Source: Eledone cirrhosa
Lineage: Eukaryota
Length of the DNA: 64,000 nt
Assembly: GCA_964016885.1 (NCBI GenBank)
Contig: OZ024742.1
Coordinates: forward strand, 374,294,001-374,358,000
Direction: 5' to 3'
Made by a program: the position numbers and the translations under genes. Shown here piece by piece: positions 53,201 to 64,000 of this stretch (position 1 is the first letter of the stretch; each line of letters opens with the position of its first letter). The notes under the pieces are model-generated. The model was not told where the DNA came from and made no database searches. It saw nothing but the letters and a program-made list of their open reading frames with translations.

Positions 53201-56200
53201 CTCTTTCTCACTCTCTCTTTTACCAGTATTGTCTCTCTCTCACTCTCTCTTTTACCTGTATTGTCTCTCTCTCACTCTCTCTTTTACAAGTATTGTCTCT
53301 CTCTCACTCTCTCTTTTACCAGTATTGTCTATCTCTCTCTCTTTTACCAGTATTGTCTCTCTCTCACTCTCTCTTTTACCAGTATTGTCTATCTATCTCT
53401 CTCTCTTTTACCAGTATTGTCTCTCTCTCACACTCTCTTTTCCCACTATTGTCTCTCTCTCACTCTCTCTTTTACCAGTATTGTCTCACTCTCACTCTCT
53501 CATTTACCAGTATCGTCTATCTCTCACTGTCTCTTTTAACATTATTATCTCTCTCTCGCACTCTCTTTTACCAGTATTGTCTCTCTCACTCTCTCTCTTT
53601 TACTAGTATTGTCTCTCTCTCACTCTCTCTCTTTTAACAGTATTGTCTCTCTCTCACTCTTTCTTTTACCAGTATTGTCTCTCTCTCACTCTCTCTTTTA
53701 CCAGTATTGTCTATCTCTCACTCTCTCTTTTACCAGTATTGTCTCTCTCTCACTCTCTCTTTTACCAGTATTGTCCCTCTCTCACTCTCTCTCTTTTACC
53801 AGTATTTTCTCTCTCTCACTCTTTCTGTTTTACCAGTATTGTCTACCTCTCACTCTCTCTTTTACCAGTATTGTCTCTCTCTCACTCTCTCTTTTACCAG
53901 TATTGTCTCTCTCTCACTCTCTCTTTTACCAGTATTGTCTCTCTCTCACTCTCTCTCTTTTACCAGTATTGTCTCTCTCTCACTCTCTCTTTTACAAGTA
54001 TTGTCTCTCTCTCACTCTCTCTTTTACCAGTATGTCCTCTCTCTCACTCTCTCCTTTAACAGTATTGTCTCTCTCTCACTCCCTCTCTTTTACTAATATT
54101 GTCTAACTCTATCTCTCTCTTTTACCAGTATTGTCTCTCTCTCACTCTCTCTTTTACCAGTATTGTCTATCTCTCACTCTCTCTTTTACCAGTATTGTCT
54201 CTGTCTCACTCTCTCTTTTACCAGTATTGTCTCTCTCTCACTCTCTCTCTTTTACCAGTATAGTCTCTCTCTCTCACTCTTTCTGTTTTACCAGTATTGT
54301 CTCTCTCTCACTCTCTCTTTTACCAGTATTGTCTCTCTCTCACTCTCTCTCTTTTACCAGTATTGTCTCTCTCTCACTCTCTCTTTTACCAATACTGTCT
54401 CTCTCCCACTCTCTCTTTTACCAGTATTGTCTCTCTCTCACTCTCTCCTTTACCAGTATTGTCTCTCTCTCACTCTCTCTATTTTACCAGTATTGTCTCT
54501 CTCTCACTCTCTCTTTTACCAGTATTGTCTCTCTCTCACTCTCTCTCTTTTACCAGTATTGTCTCTCTCTCACTCTATCTTTTACCAGTATTGTCTCTCG
54601 CTCACTCTCTCTTTCACCAGTATTGTCTCTCTCTCATTCTCTCTCTTTTAACAGTATTGTCTATCTCTCACTCTCTTTTACCAGTAGTGTCTCTCTCTCT
54701 CACTCTCTCTTTTACCAATATTGTCACTCTCTCACTCTCTCTCTTTTACCAGTATTGTCTCTCACTCACTCTTTCTGTTTTATCAGTATTGTCTCTCTCT
54801 CACTCTCTCTCTTTTACCAGTATTTCTCTCTCTCACACTCTCTCTTTTACTAGTATTGTCTATCTCTCACTCTCTCTTTTACTAGTATTGTCTCTCTCTC
54901 ACTCTCTCTTTTACCAGTATCGTCTATCTCTTACTCTCTCTTTTACCACTATTGTCTCTCTCTCACACTCTCTTTTACCAATATTGTCTCTCGCTCACTC
55001 TCTCTTTCACCAGTATTGTCTCTCTCTCACTCTCTATCTTTTACCAGTATTTCTCTCTCTCACACTCTCTCTTTTACTAGTATTGTCTATCTCTCACTCT
55101 CTCTTTTACCAGTATTGTATCTCTCTCACTCTCTCTTTTACCAGTATCGTCTATCTCTTACTCTCTCTTTTACCACTATTGTCTCTCTCATTCTCTCTCT
55201 TTTACCAGTATTGTCTCTCGCTCACTCTCTCTTTCACCAGTATTGTCTCTCTCTCTCACTCTCTCTCTTTTACCAGTATTGTCTATCTCTCACTCTCTCT
55301 TTTACCAGTATTGTCTCTCTCTCACTCTCTCTTTCACCAGTATTGTCTCTCTCTCACTCTCTTTTACAAGTATTGTCTCTCTCTCACTCTCTCTTTTACC
55401 AGTATTGTCTATCTATCTCTCTCTCTTTTACCATTATTGTCTATCTCTCACTCTTTCTATTACCTATATTGTCTCTCTCTCACTCTCTCTTTTACCAGTA
55501 TTGTCTCTCTCTCACTCTCTCTTTTACCGGTATTGTCTCTCTCTCACTCTCTCTTTTACCAGTATTGTTGCTCTCTCACTCTCTCTTTTACCAGTATTGT
55601 CTCACTCTCACTCTCTCTTTTACCAGTATCATCTATCTCTCACTGTCTTTTTAAAACTATTACCTCTCTCTCACTCTCTCTTTTACCAGTATTGTCTCTC
55701 TATCACTCTCTCTCTTTTACTAGTATTGTCTCTCTCTCACTCTCTATCTTTTACCAGTATTGTCTCTCTCTCACTCTTTCTTTTACCAGTATTGTCTCTC
55801 TCTCACTCTCTCTTTTACCAGTATTGTCTATCTCTCACTGTCTCTTTTACCAGTATTGTCTCTCTCTCACATTCTCTTTTACCAGTATTGGCTCTCTCTC
55901 ACTCTCTCTTTTACCAGTTTGTCTCTCTCTCACTCTTTCTGTTTTACCAGTATTGTCTATCTCTCACTCTCTCTTTTACCAGTATTGTCTCTCTCTCACT
56001 CTCCCTTTTACCAGTATTGTCTCTCTCTCACTCTCTCTCTCTTTTACCAGAATTGTCTCTCTCTCACTGTCTCTTTTACCAGTATTGTCTCTCTCTCACT
56101 CTCTCTTTTACCAGTATTGTCTCTCTCTCACTCTCTCTTTTACCAGTATTGTCTCTCTCTCACTCTCTCCTTTACCAGTCTTGTCTCTCTCTCACTCCCT

Positions 56201-58230
56201 CTCTTTTACCAGTATTGTCTATCTCTATCTCTCTCTTTTACCAGTATTGTCTCTCTCTCACTCTCTCTCTGTTACCAGTATTGTCTCTCTCTCACTTTCT
56301 CTTTTACCAGTATTGTCTCTCTCTCATTCTCTCTTTTACCATTATTGTCTCTCTCTCACTCTCTCCTTTACCAGTATTATATCCCTCTCAATCTCTCCTT
56401 TACCAGTATTGTCTCTCTCTCACTCTCTGTTTTACCAGTATTGTCTATCTCTCACTCTCTCTTTTACTAGTATTGTCTCTCTCTCACTCTCTCCTTTACC
56501 AGTATTGTCTCTCTCTCACTCTCTCTCTTTTACCAGTATTGTCTCTATCCCTCACTCTCTCTCTTTTACCAGTATTGTCTATCTCTCACTCTCTCTTTCA
56601 CCAGTATTGTCTCTCTCTCACTCTCTCTCTTTTACCGGTATTGTCTATCTCTCACTCTCTCTCTTTTACCAGTATTGTCTATCTCTCACTCTCTCTCTTT
56701 TACCACTATTATCTCTCTCTCACTCTCTCTGTTTTACCAGTATTGTATAACTGTCTCTCTCTTTTACCAGTATTCTCTCTCTCTCACTCTCTCTCTTCTA
56801 CCAGTATTGTCTCTTTCTCACTCTCTCTTTTACCTGTATTGTCTCTCTCTCACTCTCTCTTTTACCAGTATTGTCTCTCTCTCACTCTCTCTTTTACCTG
56901 TATTGTTTCTCTCTCACTCTCTCTTTTACCAGTATTGTCTCTCTCTCACTCTCTCTTTTACCAGTATTGTCTCTCTCTCACTCTCTATTTTACCAGTATT
57001 GTCTATCTCTCACGCTCTCTTTTCCCAGTATTGTCTCTCTCTCACTCTCTCTTTTACCTGTATCGTCTATCTCTCACTCTCTCTTTTATCACTATTGACT
57101 CTCCCTCACTCTCTCTTTTACCAGTATTGTCTCACTCTCAATCTCTCTCTTTTACCTGTATTGTCTCTCTCTCACTATCTTTTACCAGTATTGTCTCTCT
57201 CTCACTCTCTCTTTCACCAGTATTGTCTCTCTCTCACTCTCTCTCTTTTACCAGTATTGTCTATCTCTCACTCTCTCTTTTACCAGTCTTGTCTCTCTCT
57301 CACTCTCTCTTTTACCAGTATTGTCTATCTCTCACTCTCTCTTTTACCAGTATTGTCTCTCGCTCACTCTCTCTTTCACCAGTATTGTCTCTCTCTCACT
57401 CTCTCTCTTTTAACAGTATTGTCTATCTCTCACTCTCTTTTACCAGTATTGTCTCTCTCTCACTCTCTCTTTTACCAGTATTGTCTCTCTCTCACTCTCT
57501 CTCTTTTACCAGTATTGTCTCTCTCTCAGTCTCTCCTTTACCAGCATTGTCTCTCTGTCACTCTGTGGCTTTTATCAGTATTGTCTCTCTCTCACTCTCT
57601 CTCTTTTACCAGTATTGTCTCTCTCTCTCACTCTCTATCTTTTACCAGTATTGTCTATCTCTATCTCTCTCTATTACCAGTATTGTCTCTCTCTCACTCT
57701 CTCTCTTTTACCAGTATTGTCTCTCTCTCACTCTCTCTTTTGCCAGTATTGTCCCTCTCTGACTCTCTCTTTTACCAGTATTGTCTCTCTCTCACTCTCT
57801 CTGTTTTACCAGTATTGTATGTCTGTCTCTCTCTTTTACCAATATTGTCTCTCTCTCACTCTCTCTCTTCTACCAGTATTGTCTCTTTCTCACTCTCTGT
57901 TTTACCTGTATTGTCTCTCTCTCACTCTCTCTTTTACCAGTATTGTCTCTCTCTCACTTTCTCTTTTACCAGTATTGTCTCTCTCTCACTCTCTATTTTA
58001 ACAGTATTGTCTATCTCTCACTCTCTCTTTTACCAGTATTGTCTCTCTCTCACTCTCACTTTTACCAGCATTGTCTCTCTCTCACTCTCTCTTTTACCAG
58101 TATCGTCTGTCTCTCACTCTCTCTTTTATCACTATTGTCTCTCCCTCACTCTCTCTTTTACCAGTATTGTCTCACTCTCACTCCCTCTCTTTTAACAGTA
58201 TTGTCTCTCTCTCACTCTCTCTTTTACCAG

Positions 58231-58269
<39 letters not shown>

Positions 58270-61200
58270 GTATTGTCTCTCTCTCACTCTCTCTTTTACC
58301 AGTATTGTCTATCTATCTCTCTCTCTTTTACCAGTATTGTCTATCTCTCACTCTCTGTTTTACCTGTATTGTCTCTCTCTCACTCTCTCTTTTACCAGTA
58401 TCGTCTATCTCTCACTCTCTCTTTTAACCACTATTGTCTCTCTCTCACTCTCTCTTTTACCAGTATTGTCTCTCTCTCTCTCTTTTACCAGTATTGTCTC
58501 TCTCACTCTATCTTTTACCAGTATTGTCTCTCTCTCACTCTCTCTCTTCTACCAGTATTGTCTCTCTCGCTCTCGCTCTTTTACCAGTATTGTCTCTCTC
58601 ACACTCTCTCTTTCACCAGTATTGTCTCTCTCTCACTCTCTCTTTCACCAGTATTGTCTCTCTCTCACTCTCTTTTACCAGTATTGTCTCTCTCACTCTT
58701 TCTCTTTTACCTGTATTGTCTCTCTCTCACTCTCTCTCTTTTACCAGTATTTCTCTCTCTCACACTCTCTCTTTTACTAGTATTGTCTCTCTCTCACTCT
58801 CTCTCTTTTACCAGTATTGTCTCTATCCCTCACTCTCTCACTTTTACCAGTATTGTCTATCTCTCACTCTCTCTTTCACCAGTATTGTCACTCTCTCTCA
58901 CTCTCTCTCTTTTACCAGTATTGTCTATCTCTCACTCTCTCTCTTTTACCAGTATTGTCTATCTCTCACTCTCTCTCTTTTACCAGTATTGTCTCTCTCT
59001 CACTCTCTCTGTTTTACCAGTATTGTATATCTGTCTCTCTCTTTTGCCAGTATTATCTCTCTCTCACTCTCTCTCTTCTACCAGTATTGTCTCTTTCTCA
59101 CTCTCTCTTTTACCTGTATTGTCTCTCTCTCACTCTCTCTTTTACCAGTATTGTCTCTCTCTCACTCTCTCTTTTACCTGTATTGTCTCTCTCTCACTCT
59201 CTCTTTTACAAGTATTGTCTCTCTCTCAGTCTCTCTTTATCAGTATTGTCTATCTCTCTCTCTCTTTTACCAGTATTGTCTCTCTCTCACTCTCTCTTTT
59301 ACCAGTATTGTCTATCTATCTCTCTCTCTTTTACCAGTATTGTCTCTCTCTCACTCTCTCTTTTCCCACTATTGTCTCTCTCTCTCACTCTCTCTTTTAC
59401 CAGTATTGTCTCACTCTCACTCTCTCATTTACCAGTATCGTCTATCTCTCACTGTCTCTTTTAACATTATTATCTCTCTCTCACACTCTCTTTTACCAGT
59501 ATTGTCTCTCTCACTCTCTCTCTTTTACTAGTATTGTCTCTCTCTCACTCTCTCTCTTTTACCAGTATTGTCTCTCTCTCACTCTTTCTTTTACCAGTAT
59601 TGTCTCTCTCTCACTCTCTCTTTTACCAGTATTGTCTATCTCTAACTCTCTCTTTTACCAGTATTGTCTCTCTCTCACTCTCTCTTTTACCAGTATTGTC
59701 CCTCTCTCACTCTCTCTCTTTTGCCAGTATTTTCTCTCTCTCACTCTTTCTGTTTTACGAGTATTGTCTATCTCTCACTCTCTCTTTTACCAGTATTGTC
59801 TCTCTCTCACTCTCTCTTTTACCAGTATTGTCTCTCTCTCACTCTCTCTTTTACCAGTATTGTCTCTCTCTCACTCTCTCTCTTTTACCAGTATTGTCTC
59901 TCTCTCACTCTCTCTTTTACAAGTATTGTCTCTCTCTCACTCTCTCTTTTACCAGTATTTCCTCTCTCTCACTCTCTCCTTTAACAGTATTGTCTCTCTC
60001 TCACTCCCTCTCTTTTACCAGTATTGTCTAACTCTATCTCTCTCTTTTACCAGTATTGTCTCTCTCTCACTCTCTCTTTTACCAGTATTGTCTATCTCTC
60101 ACTCTCTCTTTTACCACTATTGTCTATCTCTCACTCTCTCTTTTACCACTATTGTCTCTCTCTCACTCTCTCTCTTTTACCAGTATTGTCTCTCTCTCAC
60201 TCTTTCTGTTTTACCAGTATTGTCTCTCTCTCACTCTCTCTTTTACCAGTATTGTCTCTCTCTCACTCTCTCTCTTTTACCAGTATTGTCTCTCTCTCAC
60301 TCTCTCTTTTACCAATACTGTCTCTCTCCCACTCTCTCTTTTACCAGTATTGTCTCTCTCTCACTCTCTCTATTTTACCAGTATTGTCCCTCTCTCACTC
60401 TCTCTTTTACCAGTATTGTCTCTCTCTCACTCTCTCTCTTTTACCAGTATTGTCTCTCTCTCACTCTATCTTTTACCAGTATTGTCTCTCGCTCACTCTC
60501 TCTTTCACCAGTATTGTCTCTCTCTCATTCTCTCTCTTTTAACAGTATTGTCTATCTCTCACTCTCTTTTACCAGTAGTGTCTCTCTCTCTCACTCTCTC
60601 TTTTACCAATATTGTCTCTCTCTCTCACTCTCTCTCTTTTACCAGTATTGTCTCTCTCTCACTCTTTCTGTTTTATCAGTATTGTCTCTCTCTCACTCTC
60701 TCCTTTACCAGTATTGTCTCTCTCTCACTCCCTATCTTTTACCAGTATTGTCTATCTCTATCTCTCTCTTTTACCAGTATTGTCTCTCTCTCACTCTCTC
60801 TCTTTTACCAGTATTATCTCCCTCTCACACTCTCCTTTACCAGTATTGTCTCTCTCTCACTCTCTCTTTCACCAGTATTGTCTCTCTCTCTCACTTTTTC
60901 TCTTTTACCAGTATTGTCTATCTCTCACTCTCTCATTTACCAGTATTGTCTCTCCCCCACTCTCTCTCTTTTACCAGTATTGTCTCTCTCTCTCACTCTA
61001 TCTCTATTACCAGTAATTTCTCTCTCTCACTCTCTCTTTCACCAGTATTGACTCTCTCTCACTCTTTTTTTACCAGTATTGTCTCTCACTCACTCTCTCT
61101 TTTACGAGTATTGTCTATCTCTCTCTCTCTCTTTTACCAGTATTGTCTCTCTCTCACTCTCTCTTTTACCAGTATTGTCTATCTATCTCTCTCTCTTTTA

Positions 61201-64000
61201 CCAGTATTGTCTATCTCGCACTCTCTCTTTTACCTGTATTGTCTCTCTCTCACTCTCTCTTTTACCAGAATTGTCTCTCTCTCACTCTCTCTTTTACCAG
61301 TATTGTCTCTCTCTCACTCTCTCTTTTACCAGTATTGTCTATCTCTCACTCACTCTTTTCCCACTATTGTCTCTTTCTCACTCTCTCTTTTACCAGTATT
61401 GTCTCACTCTCACTCTCTCTTTTACCAGTATCGTCTATCTCTCACTCTCTCTTTTACCACTATTGTCTCTCTCTCACTCTCTCTTTTACCAGTATTGTCT
61501 CTCTCTCACTCTCTCTCTTTTACCAGTATTGTCTCTCGCTCACTCTCTCTTTCACCAGTATTGTCTATCTCTCACTCTTTCTTTTACCAGTATCGTCTAT
61601 CTCTCACTGACTCTTTTACCACTATTATCTCTCTCTCACTCTCTCTTTTACCAGTATTGTCTCTCTCTCACTATCCCTCTTTTACTAGTATTGTCTCTCT
61701 CTCACTCTCTCACTTTTACCAGTATTGTCTCTGTCTCACTCTCTCTTTTACCAGTATTATATATCTCTCAATCTCTCCTTTACCAGTATTTTCTCTCTCT
61801 CACTCTCTCTTTTACCTGTATTGTCTATCTCTCACTCTCTCTTTTACCAGTATTGTCTATCTCTCACTCTCTCTCTTTTACCAGTATTGTCTATCTCTCA
61901 CTCTCTCCTTTACCAGTATTGTCTCTCTGTCACTCTCTCTCTTTTACCAGTATTGTCTCTATCCCTCACTTTCTCTCTTTTACCAGTATTGTCTGTCTCT
62001 CACTCTCTCTCTTTTACCAGTATTGTCTATCTCTCACTCTCTCTCTTTTACCAGTATTGTCTCTCTCTCACTCTCTCTCTTCTACCAGTATTGTCTCTTT
62101 CTCACTCTCTCTCTTACCTGTATTGTCTCTCACTCACTCTCTCTTTTACCAGTATTGTCTCTCTCTCACTCTCTCTTTTACTTGTATTGTCTCTCTCTCA
62201 CTCTCTCTTTTACCAGTATTGTCTCTCTCTCTCTTTTACCAGTATTGTCTCTCTCTCACGCTCTATGTTACCAGTATTGTCTATCTCTCACGCTCTTTTA
62301 CCAGTATTGTCTCTCTCTCACTCTCTCTTTCACCAGTATTGTCTCTCTCTCACTCTCTCTCTTTTACCAGTATTGTCTATCTCTCACTCTCTTTTACCAG
62401 TAATGTCTCTCTCTCACTCTCTCTTTTACCAGTATTGTCTCTCTCTCTCACTCTCTTTCTTTTACCAGTATTGTCTCTCTCTCACTCTTTCTGTTTTATC
62501 AGTATTGTCTATCTCTCACTCTCTTTTACCAGTATTGTCTCTCTCTCACTCTCTCTTTTACCAGTATTGTCTCTCTCTCACTCTCTTCTTTACCAGTATT
62601 GTCTCTCTCTCACTCCCTATCTTTTACCAGTATTGTCAATCTCTATCTCTCTCCTTTACCAGTATTGTCTCTCTCTCACTCTCTCTCTTTTACCAGTATT
62701 GTCTCTCTCTCTCCCTCTCTCTTTTACCAGTATTGTCTCTCTCTCATTCTCTCTTTTACCAGTATTGTCTCTCTCTCACTCTCACCTTTACCAGTATTAT
62801 CTCCCAATCACACTCTCCTTTACCAGTATTGTCTCTCTCTCACTCTCTCTTTTACCAGTATTGTCTATCTCTCACTCTCTTATTTACCAGTATTGTCTCT
62901 CCCTCACTCTCTCTCTTTTACCAGTATTGTCTCTCTCTCTCACTCTATCTCTTTTACCAGTAATTTCTCTCTCTCACTCTCTCTTTCACCAGTATTGTCT
63001 CTCTCTCACTCTTTTTTTACCAGTATTGTCTCTCACTCACTCTCTCTTTTACCAGTATTGTCTATCTCTCTCTCTCTCTTTTACCAGTATTGTCTCTCTC
63101 TCACTCTCTCTTTTACCAGAATTGTCTCTCTCTCACTCTCTCTTTTACCAGTATTGTCTATCTCTCACTCACTCTTTTCCCACTATTGTCTCTCTCTCAC
63201 TCTCTCTTTTACCAGTATTGTCTCACTCTCACTCTCTCTTTTACCAGTATCGTCTATCTCTCACTGTCTCTTTTACCACTATTATCTCTCTCTCACTCTC
63301 TCTTTTACCAGTATTGTCTCTCTCTCACTCTCTCTCTTTTACTAGTATTGTCTCTCTCTCACTCTCTCTATTTTATCAGTATTGTCTCTCTCTCACTATT
63401 TCTTTTACCAGAATTGTCTCTCTCTCACTCTCTCTTTTACCAGTATTGTCTATCTCTCACTCTCTCTTTTACCTGTATTGTCTCTCTCTCACTCTCTCTT
63501 TTACCAGTATTGTCTATCTCTCACTCTCTCTTTTACCAGTATTGTCTCTCTGTCACTCTCCCTCTTTTACCAGTATTGTCTCTATCCCTCACTCTCTCTC
63601 TTTTACCAGTATTGTCTATCTCTCACTCTCTCTCTTTTACCAGTATTGTCTATCTCTCACTCTCTCTCTTTTACCAGTATTGTCTCTCTCTCACTCTCTC
63701 TCTTCTACCAGTATTGTCTCTTTATCACTCTCTCTCTTACCTGTATTGTCTCTCTCTCACTCTCTCTTTTACCAGTATTGTCTATCTCTCTCTCTCTTTT
63801 TTACCAGTATTGTCTCTCTATCACTCTCTCTTTTACCAGTATTGTCTATCTATCTCTCTCTCTTTTACCAGTATTGTCTATCTCTCACTCTCTCTTTTAC
63901 CTGTATTGTCTCTCTCTCACTCTCTCTTTTACCAGAATTGTCTCTCTCTCACTCTCTCTTTTACCAGTATTGTCTCTCTCTGACTCTCTCTTTTACCTGT
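6477..64000. repeat. Large tandem satellite array, 32-bp consensus TTTTACCAGTATTGTCTCTCTCTCACTCTCTC (30/34/36-bp variants), continuing past the window end
   Basis: Head-to-tail monomers in one orientation throughout, with no non-satellite insertion seen. A 14-bp core TTTTACCAGTATTG alternates with a (TC)n-A-(CT)m tract. First degenerate unit ~6477, first canonical unit 6511. Confidence 0.99.

Noticed and set aside
6522-63983. Long Leu/Ser-rich membrane-protein-like CDSs
   Set aside because: They are translations of the satellite in all three overlapping frames, mostly with TTG starts. Indels are not frame-preserving and no domain is recognisable.
6477-64000. CRISPR-like array (constant core with variable spacers)
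   Set aside because: The spacers are ~16-22-bp CT tracts that are near-copies of each other, not unique sequences. There are no cas genes or leader, and the context is eukaryotic.
6477-64000. Telomeric repeat
   Set aside because: No TTAGGG- or TTAGG-type units; the monomer is 32 bp and heterogeneous.

Overview
This is a eukaryotic (metazoan) repeat-rich window with no intact cellular gene. The RTE-type LINE sequence resembles octopus/coleoid elements as I recall them; that host assignment is inference only. Bases 1-6.5 kb are a mosaic of a (TA)n microsatellite, an internally deleted Helitron with both termini (301-3121, minus; PIF1-type helicase kept, Rep domain lost, subterminal minisatellites), a 5'-truncated RTE-like LINE, two decayed CRE-like retrotransposon fragments, a degenerate RACK1 C-terminal fragment and an (ATT)n tail. 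From ~6477 to the window end (~57.5 kb, 90% of the window) is one uninterrupted tandem satellite. Its consensus monomer is the 32-bp TTTTACCAGTATTGTCTCTCTCTCACTCTCTC, about 1,700-1,800 copies estimated from length. The array shows zoned variants and nested higher-order duplications of 0.5 to 7.4 kb. The many Leu/Ser-rich ORFs there are artefacts of a stop-free strand. I cannot demonstrate a new biological system. The best leads are the layered satellite architecture, a miR-8 seed match in the monomer core (speculative), and the helicase-only Helitron whose internal repeats resemble the satellite monomer.
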